A stretch of DNA of 59,837 nucleotides from Burkholderiales bacterium (lineage in GTDB: Bacteria; Pseudomonadota; Gammaproteobacteria; Burkholderiales; SG8-41), in the NCBI GenBank assembly GCA_046596405.1, contig JBKJMN010000132.1, forward strand, positions 1 through 59,837. Reading direction: 5' to 3'. Each line of letters begins with the position of its first letter. Position 1 is the stretch's first letter. The notes beneath the pieces were generated by a model that was not told the origin of the DNA, did no database searches, and saw only the letters and a program-made list of their open reading frames with translations. Position numbers and translations under genes: made by a program. Shown in pieces: positions 50,034 to 58,856 of the stretch.

Positions 50034-51554
50034 ATGGCGGTTTACTCCACACTCGCCGCGGTCGATCTCGGTTCCAACTCGTTTCACCTGCAAGTTGCGC
50101 GCGTCGTCGGCGACCAGATCTATCCGCTCGATTCGCTGCGCGAGCCGATCCGTCTCGGCGCCGGCCTCAATCGCGAAAAGCGCCTCGATGAGGATTCGCA
50201 GGCCCGCGCGCTGGATTGTCTGAAACGCTTCGGTGAGCGGCTCCGCGGCTTCGATCCGCATGGCGTGCGCGCGGTGGGCACTAACACGCTGCGGGTGGCC
50301 AAGAACGCGGCGGGCTTTCTCAAGCAGGCCGAGGCCGCACTCGGCTTTCCGATCGAAGTGGTGGCCGGCCGCGAGGAAGCACGCCTTATTTATGTCGGCG
50401 TCGCGCACAGCCTGCCGGTGTCCAAAGACAAACGCCTGGTCGTCGATATCGGCGGCGGCTCGACCGAGTTCATCATCGGCCGTGCGCTAAAGCCGCTGCG
50501 GCTGGAAAGCCTGTACATGGGCTGCGTCAGCTACAGTCTGAAATACTTTCCCGACGGTGAAATCACCAAAAGCGCGATGAAGCAGGCGGAGCTCGCCGCG
50601 CGCAACGAACTGCAAACCATGGTTGCCCAGTTCGCCAGGGGCCAGTGGCACGATGCAGTGGGCTCCTCCGGCAGCGCGCGCGCGCTGTCCGAGATTCTGC
50701 AGTTAAACGGCTTTTCCGAGACCGGCATCACGCCGGACGGCCTGGAGCGCCTGCGCTCCGCGCTCATCAAGGCGGGCAATGTCAAACGGCTGGATCTGGC
50801 CGGGTTGCGCAGCGACCGGCTGCCCGTACTGCCTGGCGGGCTGGCGATCATGTCGGCGGCCTTGTCGGCGCTGGGCATCGAATCGATGATGGTGGCGAGC
50901 GGTTCGATGCGCCAGGGAATATTGTACGATCTGTTGGGCCGGTTTCAGCACCAGGACATGCGCGATATCACGGTATCGCAGTTCATGCAGCGCTATCACG
51001 TCGACTCCAAACAGGCCCGCCGCGTCGCCAGCTTTGCGCTCGCCCTCTTTCGCCGCTTCACCACGAGCGCGCAGGCGAACGACGACGCGGCGCCCCACTA
51101 CATAGGCTGGGCTGCCAAGCTGCATGAGATCGGCATCTCGGTTGCCTACAGCGGCTATCACAAGCACTCGGCGTACATCGTGCAGAACGCCGACATGCCG
51201 GGGTTCTCGAAAATGGAGCAATGGCGGCTGGCGACCCTGGTGCTCGCGCACCGCCGCTCGCTGAAGAAAATCTTTACCCACGATGTGGAGATCGTCGACT
51301 GGCGCATGGTGATGTGCCTGCGACTGGCAGCGCTGATCTATCGCAGCCGCGCCGACATTCCGCTGCCGGCGCTCGACGCGAAAGTCAGCGGCAATACGCT
51401 GCGGCTGGGTATCGCGCTCGACTGGCTCGCCGCCAACCCGCTGACGGTGACCGCGCTGCACGAAGAAATTGACGAGTGGGCGGCGGCCGGCTTCAAGCTC
51501 GATATTAAGTCGCTGCGCGAGCTCGAGGCCGGCATCGAAGCGCAGGCGGCGTAG
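50034..51554 (+). CDS. ppx: Exopolyphosphatase (Ppx/GppA family)
   Basis: AAVDLGSNSFHL and VVDIGGGSTEF actin-fold motifs, plus a C-terminal HD-like domain. 506 codons. Confidence 0.9.
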   Translation: MAVYSTLAAVDLGSNSFHLQVARVVGDQIYPLDSLREPIRLGAGLNREKRLDEDSQARALDCLKRFGERLRGFDPHGVRAVGTNTLRVAKNAAGFLKQAEAALGFPIEVVAGREEARLIYVGVAHSLPVSKDKRLVVDIGGGSTEFIIGRALKPLRLESLYMGCVSYSLKYFPDGEITKSAMKQAELAARNELQTMVAQFARGQWHDAVGSSGSARALSEILQLNGFSETGITPDGLERLRSALIKAGNVKRLDLAGLRSDRLPVLPGGLAIMSAALSALGIESMMVASGSMRQGILYDLLGRFQHQDMRDITVSQFMQRYHVDSKQARRVASFALALFRRFTTSAQANDDAAPHYIGWAAKLHEIGISVAYSGYHKHSAYIVQNADMPGFSKMEQWRLATLVLAHRRSLKKIFTHDVEIVDWRMVMCLRLAALIYRSRADIPLPALDAKVSGNTLRLGIALDWLAANPLTVTALHEEIDEWAAAGFKLDIKSLRELEAGIEAQAA

Positions 51555-51592
51555 GCAGCATTAAAGCGCGTCCTGCGCCGCAGGCGTTGAAT

Positions 51593-51667
51593 TGAACAAG
51601 GGGGGCGGGCGGCCCGTTGTATATCCCCCGCGGAATGAACAAGGGGCGCGCGCCCTTGTATATCCCC
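51593..51667. repeat. Two tandem copies of a REP-like palindromic unit between convergent ppx and ppk
   Basis: Unit 1 (51593-51628) is TGAACAAGGGGGGCGGGCGGCCCGTTGTATATCCCC. Unit 2 (51636-51667) is TGAACAAGGGGCGCGCGCCCTTGTATATCCCC. Unit 2 holds a perfect ACAAGGG/CCCTTGT stem. Confidence 0.8.
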
Positions 51668-51685
51668 ACGCCGGAGGAAGCCTTA

Positions 51686-53770
51686 TCAGGCCGGCGCTTT
51701 GCCGGCGTGCGTTTCGAGCAGCTGGGTCTGCGCGTGCGGCGTCTTGCCGCGGCTCGCCTTGCGGTGCTTGTAACGGCCGTCGGGCGTCATTTCCCACGCG
51801 TCGGTGCTGCGCTCGAGAAACGGCCGCAGCCCTTCGCGGATCACGCGCTTCTTGAGCTTTTTGTCGAGCACCGGGAAGCACACCTCGATGCGGCGGAAAA
51901 AATTGCGGTCCATCCAGTCGGCGCTCGACAGGTAAACGTCTTCGGCGCCGGCGTTGTGGAAATAAAAGATGCGCGAGTGCTCGAGAAAGCGCCCGAGCAC
52001 CGAGCGCACGCGAATATTGTCCGACACGCCCGGCACGCCGGGGCGCAAGGCGCAAACGCCGCGCACGATCAAATCGATTTTCACGCCGGCCTGCGACGCA
52101 TCGTAAAGCGCGGCGATGATCTCGGGTTCGAGCAGCGCGTTCATCTTGGCGATGATGCGCGCCTTCCTGCCTTCGCGCGCGTTCTTCGCTTCCGTCTGGA
52201 TCGCCTTGATCGTGCGCTGGTGCAGCGTAAACGGCGACTGCAGCAGGTGCTTTAATTTGAGCGCCTTGCCCAGGCCGGTCAACTGCATGAACACTTCGCT
52301 GACATCGGAGCCGAGCTCCTCGTTGCAGCTGAAGAGGCCGAAGTCGGTGTAGAGCCGCGCGGTGCGCGAATGATAGTTGCCGGTCGCGAGGTGGATGTAG
52401 CGCGCGAGCCGGTTGCCTTCGCGTCTCACGACGAGCGCCATCTTGGCGTGCGTCTTGTGGCCGACGACGCCGAAAATGACGTGGGCGCCGACTTCTTCCA
52501 GCCGTTGCGCCCAGTTGATGTTGGCTTCTTCGTCGAAGCGCGCCATCAATTCGACGACCACGGTCACAGCCTTGCCGTTGCGCGCCGCATGGATGAGCAG
52601 GTCCATCATTTCCGATTGCGCGCCGGTGCGATAGACGGTTTGCTTGATCGCGACGACCTGCGGATCGTTGGCGGCTTCCTTGAGGAAGTTCACCACGGGC
52701 AGGAACGACTCGTACGGTTGGTGGAGCAGGATGTCGCCCTTGCGTATCTCGTCGAAGATATTCTGATTCTTCGCGAGCCGGCGCGGCATTGCGGGCTCGA
52801 ACACCGGGAACTTGAGATCCGGGCGATCGACCTGCTCGGGAATCTGAATCAGCCGCACGAGGTTGACCGGCCCGTTGACCTGGTAAAGATCGTCGTGCGT
52901 GAGGCCGAACTGCTGCAGCAGCGCATCCACCATTCCCGGCGAGCACAGATCCGCGACTTCGAGCCGCACGCTGTCGCCGAACTGGCGTTGCGTCAACTCA
53001 CCCTGCAGCGCTTTGCGCAGGCTCTTCAATTCGCGCAACTCTTCCTCGTCGATGTACAAATCGCTGTTGCGCGTGAGCTGGAACTGGTAGCAGCCGAGCA
53101 CCATCATGCCCGGGAAGAGCTCGGCTACGTGCGCGTGCAGGATCGAGGAGAGAAACACGAAGCCGTGCCCGCAGCCGGAAATCGCCCGCGGCATCGGGAT
53201 CACGCGCGGCAGCACGCGCGGCGCCTGCACGATGGCCATGCTCGATTTGCGGCCGAACGCATCCTTGCCTTCGAGTTCGATCACGAAGTTAAGGCTCTTG
53301 TTGAGCAGTTTCGGAAACGGGTGCGAGGGATCGAGGCCGAGCGGCGTCAGCACCGGCATCAGCTCGCGGAAAAAATACTCCCGGACCCATTCCTTCTGCG
53401 CCGGGTTCCACTTGCTGCGGCGCAGGAACCGGATGCCTTCGGCCGCCAGTTGGGGAAACACTTGCTCGTTGAGCACCTGATATTGGCGCGCCACGATCTC
53501 CTGCGCTTTGGCCGTAATCTGACGAAACACTTCGCGCAGCGCAATACCGTCGGGTCCGGGCGGCGCATCCGCGGCTATTTCCTCCTTGAGGCCAGCGACG
53601 CGGATCTCGAAGAACTCATCGAGGTTGCTGTCGACAATGCACAGAAAACGCAGGCGCTCGAGCGCGGGCACGTTGCGGTCCTCGGCCAGCGCGAGCACCC
53701 GGCGGTTGAATTCGAGCTGCCCGAGTTCGCGATTGAGATACAGCTCGGGTGCGATGTGTCGTTTAGCCAT
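51686..53770 (-). CDS. ppk: Polyphosphate kinase 1
   Basis: YLNRELGQLEFNRRVL N-terminus and HAKMALVVRRE (phospho-His region). Trimmed from 53905 to ATG 53770. Confidence 0.94.
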   Translation of the reverse strand: MAKRHIAPELYLNRELGQLEFNRRVLALAEDRNVPALERLRFLCIVDSNLDEFFEIRVAGLKEEIAADAPPGPDGIALREVFRQITAKAQEIVARQYQVLNEQVFPQLAAEGIRFLRRSKWNPAQKEWVREYFFRELMPVLTPLGLDPSHPFPKLLNKSLNFVIELEGKDAFGRKSSMAIVQAPRVLPRVIPMPRAISGCGHGFVFLSSILHAHVAELFPGMMVLGCYQFQLTRNSDLYIDEEELRELKSLRKALQGELTQRQFGDSVRLEVADLCSPGMVDALLQQFGLTHDDLYQVNGPVNLVRLIQIPEQVDRPDLKFPVFEPAMPRRLAKNQNIFDEIRKGDILLHQPYESFLPVVNFLKEAANDPQVVAIKQTVYRTGAQSEMMDLLIHAARNGKAVTVVVELMARFDEEANINWAQRLEEVGAHVIFGVVGHKTHAKMALVVRREGNRLARYIHLATGNYHSRTARLYTDFGLFSCNEELGSDVSEVFMQLTGLGKALKLKHLLQSPFTLHQRTIKAIQTEAKNAREGRKARIIAKMNALLEPEIIAALYDASQAGVKIDLIVRGVCALRPGVPGVSDNIRVRSVLGRFLEHSRIFYFHNAGAEDVYLSSADWMDRNFFRRIEVCFPVLDKKLKKRVIREGLRPFLERSTDAWEMTPDGRYKHRKASRGKTPHAQTQLLETHAGKAPA

Positions 53771-54047
53771 TGCCGGAAAGAGTTTGCATCGGGGCGTGTC
53801 GCGGGCAGCCGGGAGTGAAGTGCTCGTCCGGGCGCAGGCCCGCACAAGGCGAGAGGCCGTGCCGCAACAGCCTACGCCTTCTGTTACACCACAGCCTAAC
53901 TGCATTGCGTTGCGGATTTGTTACATTCTACGCCAAAACGCGCGCGCCCTCCGGTGACGAACACTGCGATCATGCCACCGGCGCGTACACTCCGTCCTGC
54001 GCAGGCGACGCAGCGGCGACAGAATGCGCACGACGCACGAGTGAGGC

Positions 54048-54998
54048 ATGTCAGACATCATCGATTACGGTCACGGCATCAGCGCGATCGACTCCGGCTA
54101 TCAGAGGCCGCGGCTGGACGCCATCCATTTGATCGTCGAATGCGGCCGCGCCGCGATCGTGGACACCGGCGTTAACAGCTCGGTGCCGCGGGTGCTCGAG
54201 GCATTGCGCGCCAAAGGCATCGCGCCCGCGCAAGTCGATTACGTGGTGCTCACGCACATTCATCTCGACCACGCGGGTGGCGCGGGATTGCTGCTGAGCC
54301 GATTGCCCAATGCGAGCTTGACCGTGCATCCGCGCGGCGCGCGCCACTTGATCGACCCGGCGCGGCTGATCGCGAGCACACTGGCCGTGTACGGCGCGGA
54401 TGCGATGCAACGCACCTATGGTCAGATCGTGCCGGTGCCGCGCGAGCGCGTGATCGAAACGCCGCCCGGCTCGGCGATCCGGCTTAACGGGCGCGAACTC
54501 GTCTTTTACGACACGCCGGGACACGCGCGCCATCACGTGTGCGTGCTCGATGCGAAATCCGGCCACCTGTTCGCCGGCGACACCTTCGGGCTCTCGTATC
54601 GGGAGCTCGACAGCGCGGGGCGCCAATTTATTTTTCCGACCACGAGCCCGACGCAATTCGATCCCGCCGCCGCGCATCGCTCGCTCGACCTGATCACCGG
54701 CTTGCGGCCCGGCGCGATTTACGTGACGCATTACGGGCAGGTGCGCGACATAGCCCGGCTTGCCGGCGACATGCACCGGCTGGTCGCCGCGCATGAAGAA
54801 CTTGCGCGCGCCGAGCGCGGCGCCGGCAGCACACGCCACGCGCGGCTCACCGCAGGCGTAACGGCCATCGTGCTTGACGAGGCGCAGCGTTACGGCTGGC
54901 CGTTAAATCAGGAACAGGTGCTCGAGGTTTTCGCCGGCGACATCGAACTCAACGCGCAAGGGCTCGCGCTGTGGGCGGACACGCTGCCGCCGCCCTGA
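54048..54998 (+). CDS. MBL-fold metallo-hydrolase
   Basis: THIHLDHAGG (HxHxDH) motif. 316 codons. Substrate unknown. Confidence 0.8.
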   Translation: MSDIIDYGHGISAIDSGYQRPRLDAIHLIVECGRAAIVDTGVNSSVPRVLEALRAKGIAPAQVDYVVLTHIHLDHAGGAGLLLSRLPNASLTVHPRGARHLIDPARLIASTLAVYGADAMQRTYGQIVPVPRERVIETPPGSAIRLNGRELVFYDTPGHARHHVCVLDAKSGHLFAGDTFGLSYRELDSAGRQFIFPTTSPTQFDPAAAHRSLDLITGLRPGAIYVTHYGQVRDIARLAGDMHRLVAAHEELARAERGAGSTRHARLTAGVTAIVLDEAQRYGWPLNQEQVLEVFAGDIELNAQGLALWADTLPPP

Positions 54999-55001
54999 CC
55001 G

Positions 55002-55661
55002 TCACGCGCGATCGGCACCCGGCAAATGATCGATCGCCGCCGCGTAGCTCGGCATGACATCGTCCTGGCCGTCGATCGTGGTTCCCAGGTCGCTCAGCAG
55101 TCCATCGTGCAGCCCGTAAATCCAGCCGTGCACGCTGAGCCCCTGCCCGCGCTCCCACGCGTCGCGGAGGATCGAGGTCTGGCACACGTTGACCACCTGC
55201 TCGACCACGTTCAATTCGCACAAGCGTGCGCTGCGTCCGGCAAAGTCTGCCGGCGGCGGCAGCCGGCGCTCGTGTTTTTCGCGCACGTCCTGCACGTGGC
55301 GCAGCCAGTTGTCGCTAAGCCCCAGGCGATCGCCGCGCACGATCGCTTCGACGCCGCTGCAGCCGTAATGGCCGCACACGATGATGTGGCGGACCTTCAG
55401 CACTTCGACGGCGAACTGGATGACCGACAGGCAGTTGAGATCGGTATGCACGACGACGTTCGCGACATTGCGGTGGACGAACAGTTCGCCGGGCAGCAGG
55501 CCGACGATGTCGTTGGCCGGCACGCGGCTGTCGGAGCAGCCTATCCACAGATATTCCGGCGATTGCTGGCGCGACAGCTTAAGGAAAAATTCGGGATCCT
55601 GTTGCTGGATGCGCGCGGCCCACGCGCGGTTGCTGTCGAATAAGTGGCGCAGGGTTTTCAT
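55002..55661 (-). CDS. can: Beta-class carbonic anhydrase
   Basis: GCSDSRVP and VCGHYGCSG zinc-ligand motifs. 219 codons. Confidence 0.93.
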   Translation of the reverse strand: MKTLRHLFDSNRAWAARIQQQDPEFFLKLSRQQSPEYLWIGCSDSRVPANDIVGLLPGELFVHRNVANVVVHTDLNCLSVIQFAVEVLKVRHIIVCGHYGCSGVEAIVRGDRLGLSDNWLRHVQDVREKHERRLPPPADFAGRSARLCELNVVEQVVNVCQTSILRDAWERGQGLSVHGWIYGLHDGLLSDLGTTIDGQDDVMPSYAAAIDHLPGADRA

Positions 55662-55801
55662 GGTTGGGGGGAGGCGCGGGAAGATTTTTCGAAGGTGCGG
55701 CGATTTTACATTTATTACGCGTGTCCGTGGCTCGCCGTCCTGCGTAGCCGCTTTGGCTTTTTCATCCTGCGCCCGCGCGCGCCGTCACCGACGGCGGCGC
55801 G

Positions 55802-55990
55802 GTCCAGGTCTTCGGCGACGTGTGGGAATGGACGCGCAGCGCCTGCGAGCCTTATCCCGGTTACTGCGCAGCACCCGGCGCGGTCGGCGAATACAACGGC
55901 AAATTCATGTCCAATCCCGTAACCCGTTGTGGGCGCCGTTTTTCCCTCGGCGGCGCGGCATTCCGACGCAATCGGGCGCCGTCACGCTAA
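55802..55990 (+). pseudogene. Decayed 3' fragment of an EgtB-like or FGE-sulfatase-domain (SUMF1/EgtB/PvdO family) gene
   Basis: A frame not listed in the ORF track reads VQVFGDVWEWTRSACEPYPGYCAAPGAVGEYNGKFMSNP.... This matches my memory of the EgtB C-terminus (GDVWEWT..PYPGF..APGAVGEYNGKFM.NQ.VLRGGS). The expected YRNFF..RW tail reappears only in another frame (WAPFFPRRRG). No N-terminal 350+ codons are present. Confidence 0.45.
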
Positions 55991-56289
55991 CCCAAAGTAG
56001 ACGTTAACAGTCGGCGCTTTGCCATTGACGTTTAGCGCAATTTTGCTCGGCGCCACGACGAATGCGCGGGGAAATTTCGGGCGCCTGATGACTGCGTTCG
56101 CGGCATGTCGACGACGCAAAGCAGCACCGAAAAGCCGCCTCGGCAGGCGCGCAGCAGCGCATTTTCACAGCGCGCGCGGCGCTATTTTCTCTCTAAGATT
56201 GCACCACGACCGCAAAACTTGGATTACAATCCGCACAACCCAATTTTTTTGGGTGAATTCCCAGTCTTTACTGTCAAGGAGAACAGACG

Positions 56290-56592
56290 ATGGCCGCAAA
56301 GAAAAAAGCTACCAAAAAGCCCGCGAAGAAAAAATCAGCACGTAAACCCAGCGCAGCGTTCATGAAGCCGATGCAGATTTCGGCCGCACTGAGCCCGGTG
56401 ATCGGCGCCGGCCCTTTCCCGCGCACGGAAGTCACCAAGAAATTGTGGGCCTATATCAAGAAGCACGGTCTGCAGGATGCGAAGAACCGCCGCAACATCA
56501 ATGCCGACGACAATCTCAAAGTGGTTTTCGGCGGCAAGAAGCAGGTGTCGATGTTCGACATGACCAAACTGGTCAGCAAGCACCTGAAGTAA
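56290..56592 (+). CDS. SWIB/MDM2 domain protein with a Lys/Ala-rich N-terminal tail
   Basis: 100 codons: MAAKKKATKKPAKKKSARKP, then ...PRTEVTKKLWAYIKKHGLQD...NINADDNLKVVFGGK..VSMFDMTKLVSKHL, a typical SWIB fold sequence. AGGAG lies 8 nt upstream. Confidence 0.85.
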   Translation: MAAKKKATKKPAKKKSARKPSAAFMKPMQISAALSPVIGAGPFPRTEVTKKLWAYIKKHGLQDAKNRRNINADDNLKVVFGGKKQVSMFDMTKLVSKHLK

Positions 56593-56613
56593 TCGCCTAA
56601 TCCATTCAGGCAG

Positions 56614-56650
56614 CGGCCGGTACCGTGATGCGGTAGCGGCCGTTTGTTTG
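56614..56650 (+). terminator. Terminator after the SWIB-domain gene
   Basis: The stem CGGCCGGTACCG / CGGTAGCGGCCG has one G-G mismatch and loop tgatg, followed by TTTGTTTG. Confidence 0.6.
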
Positions 56651-56662
56651 TACGCGGCCGCT

Positions 56663-57805
56663 TTAGCGGGCGAGGGGTTCGGGTTTGCGCACGAAGTAGC
56701 CGGCGCCGATGAGCAGCACCGCCATAGTCCAGAATACCGGCGTCATGCCGAGGGCGGCGCCCAGCGCGCCGAACAGCAGGGGAATCGCGGTCTGGCTGAT
56801 ATTGATGAGCAGCGTGCGCACCGCGATCGCCTCGGCGCCGCGTCCCGGGGGCGCCTTGTTGTAGAGCAGCGACATGATCATCGGCTGGGCGCCGCCCAGT
56901 CCCGCACCCAGAAAAAACGCCAGCGCGATCAGCACCGGCACCGTCGTCACGAGCGGGAAAACAAAGAGCCCGATACCGGTGGAAATCATCGCGCCGATCA
57001 GCATCTGCCATTCGCCGATGCGGTGGATCACGAGCGGCATCGCGAGCCGCACCACGAAGACCGCGCCGCCGAACGCGCCGAGAATCAACCCGATCGTCGA
57101 TGCCGAGAGGTCAATATTGTGCCCGTGGATGGGGACGACGAATGAAAACAAGTCCCACACCATCGACAGCAACCCGCTCACGATGAAAACCCGGCGCATG
57201 GTCCGGCTCTTGAGCAGATCGGTCAGGCGCCGCCGCTGCGCAGAGTGCGCGGCTGCTGGCTGCAGCGGCACTTCGATGCGCTTGCCGAGCAGCGCGAGCA
57301 GCGTCGCCAGCGAGAAGCACGCGAGGAGCAGCATCGTCCAGCGATAGCCGATGGCGTCGATCGCAAATCCGGCGATCATCGGCCCGAGAAAACCCGACGT
57401 CGAAAAACTGAGCGCGAGCCAGCTGAAATTTTTGGGCCGGTCCTCCGGGCGGCCGATCACCGCGGCGAGATAATTGACCGCGATGTGATACACGATGAAG
57501 CCGGAGCCCGCGAGGCAGCTGGTGACGAACAGCGCGGGGAGCGTCGGCCAGACCACGCTGACCATGATCCCCGCGAACAGCATCGCCGCCCCGGCGAGCA
57601 TCGGCTTGCGCACACCGATGCGGTCGATCAGGCGGCCGACCGCGATCGAGAACATCATCGGCAGAAATGCGAGCAGCGACAGCAGGATGCCGACGGTAAA
57701 CGGCGAGGCCTGCAGGTGGAGCGCGAAGAGCGACAGCGTCACGCGGGCGCCCGCATAGGCGAGGTGCAGCGAAATCGTGAAAGGCAGGACGAAGGCGAGA
57801 GTCAC
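56663..57805 (-). CDS. MFS transporter, substrate unknown
   Basis: About 12 TM segments with an MFS-type loop (GRLIDRIGVRKP). GTG start. Confidence 0.75.
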   Translation of the reverse strand: MTLAFVLPFTISLHLAYAGARVTLSLFALHLQASPFTVGILLSLLAFLPMMFSIAVGRLIDRIGVRKPMLAGAAMLFAGIMVSVVWPTLPALFVTSCLAGSGFIVYHIAVNYLAAVIGRPEDRPKNFSWLALSFSTSGFLGPMIAGFAIDAIGYRWTMLLLACFSLATLLALLGKRIEVPLQPAAAHSAQRRRLTDLLKSRTMRRVFIVSGLLSMVWDLFSFVVPIHGHNIDLSASTIGLILGAFGGAVFVVRLAMPLVIHRIGEWQMLIGAMISTGIGLFVFPLVTTVPVLIALAFFLGAGLGGAQPMIMSLLYNKAPPGRGAEAIAVRTLLINISQTAIPLLFGALGAALGMTPVFWTMAVLLIGAGYFVRKPEPLAR

Positions 57806-58019
57806 TTAGAGGGCCATCGCGCGTTTCATTATGATAGAGACTCTCAGGTGGCCGGGAACACCGGGCAAAGCACGATTTTACCCGTCTTGAGGCGCGCGCC
57901 GCGCGATATGCGCGGCGGATTCGTCTTCGGTATACTCGTGCGCGCACTGGCTTGGTACCCACGCTCCTATAACAAGCCGGGCGGCTGATCAAACCACCAC
58001 CGATTGCGACTGTATCAAG

Positions 58020-58844
58020 ATGGAAGTAAGGAGACTGACCGCCGCCATCGGCGCCGAAATCCACGGCGTTGATCTCGCGCGCGAACTAGCGCCGGCGACG
58101 GTGCGCGAAATCCGCGCCGTGTGGCTAGCGCACTGCGTGATTTTTTTCCGTGCGCAGGAGCTCTCCGCCGCGCAGTTCCTCGCTTTCGCGCAGACGCTGG
58201 GCGCGCCTGTCGAATATCCGTTTATCCAGGGCCTGCCCGGCTTTCCGTGCATCACGCCGGTCGTCAAGCTCGAGCACGAGCGCCACAATTTCGGCGGAAT
58301 CTGGCATTCCGACACGACTTATCTCGACACCCCGCCGATGGGCACCTTGCTGCTGGCGCGCGAATTGCCGCCGGCCGGCGGCGACACGATATTCGCCAAC
58401 CAGTATCTCGCGTACGAAACCCTGTCCGGCGGCCTGCAAAAAACGCTCGCGGGACTCGTCGGCGTCGCGAGTTCGGCCAAAGCCGACGTCACCAAGACGC
58501 GCGAAGACCGGCTCAAGACCGATGGCCGCGCCGATGCGCAAAAAGAATTCAGTGCCGAGCACCCGGTCGTGCGCACGCATCCCGAAACCGGCCGCAAGGC
58601 GCTGTACGTGAACATCGGGCACACCGCGCGGTTCAAAGGCTGGACCGACGCGGAAAGCGCGCCGTTGTTGAATTTTCTGTTTCAGCACCAGATCCAGGCC
58701 GAGTTCACGTGCCGCTTCACCTGGGGGCCAGGCTCGATCGCGCTGTGGGACAACCGCTGCGCCCAGCATTATCCGGTCAACGACTATCACGGGCACCGGC
58801 GCGTGATGCACCGGATCACTCTGGCGGGCGACCGCCCGCAATAA
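58020..58844 (+). CDS. TauD/TfdA family Fe(II)/2-oxoglutarate dioxygenase
   Basis: WHSDTTY (His-x-Asp facial triad) and GDTIFAN...HRVMHRITL. 274 codons. Taurine specificity is not established. Confidence 0.85.
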   Translation: MEVRRLTAAIGAEIHGVDLARELAPATVREIRAVWLAHCVIFFRAQELSAAQFLAFAQTLGAPVEYPFIQGLPGFPCITPVVKLEHERHNFGGIWHSDTTYLDTPPMGTLLLARELPPAGGDTIFANQYLAYETLSGGLQKTLAGLVGVASSAKADVTKTREDRLKTDGRADAQKEFSAEHPVVRTHPETGRKALYVNIGHTARFKGWTDAESAPLLNFLFQHQIQAEFTCRFTWGPGSIALWDNRCAQHYPVNDYHGHRRVMHRITLAGDRPQ

Positions 58845-58856
58845 AACGGAGGCGCC

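Noticed and set aside
53771-54047. Pho box upstream of ppk based on two TGTTACA words (53882-53888 and 53919-53925).
   Set aside because: The spacing is 37 bp, not the 11-bp phasing of PhoB half-sites, and there is no adjacent second half-site.
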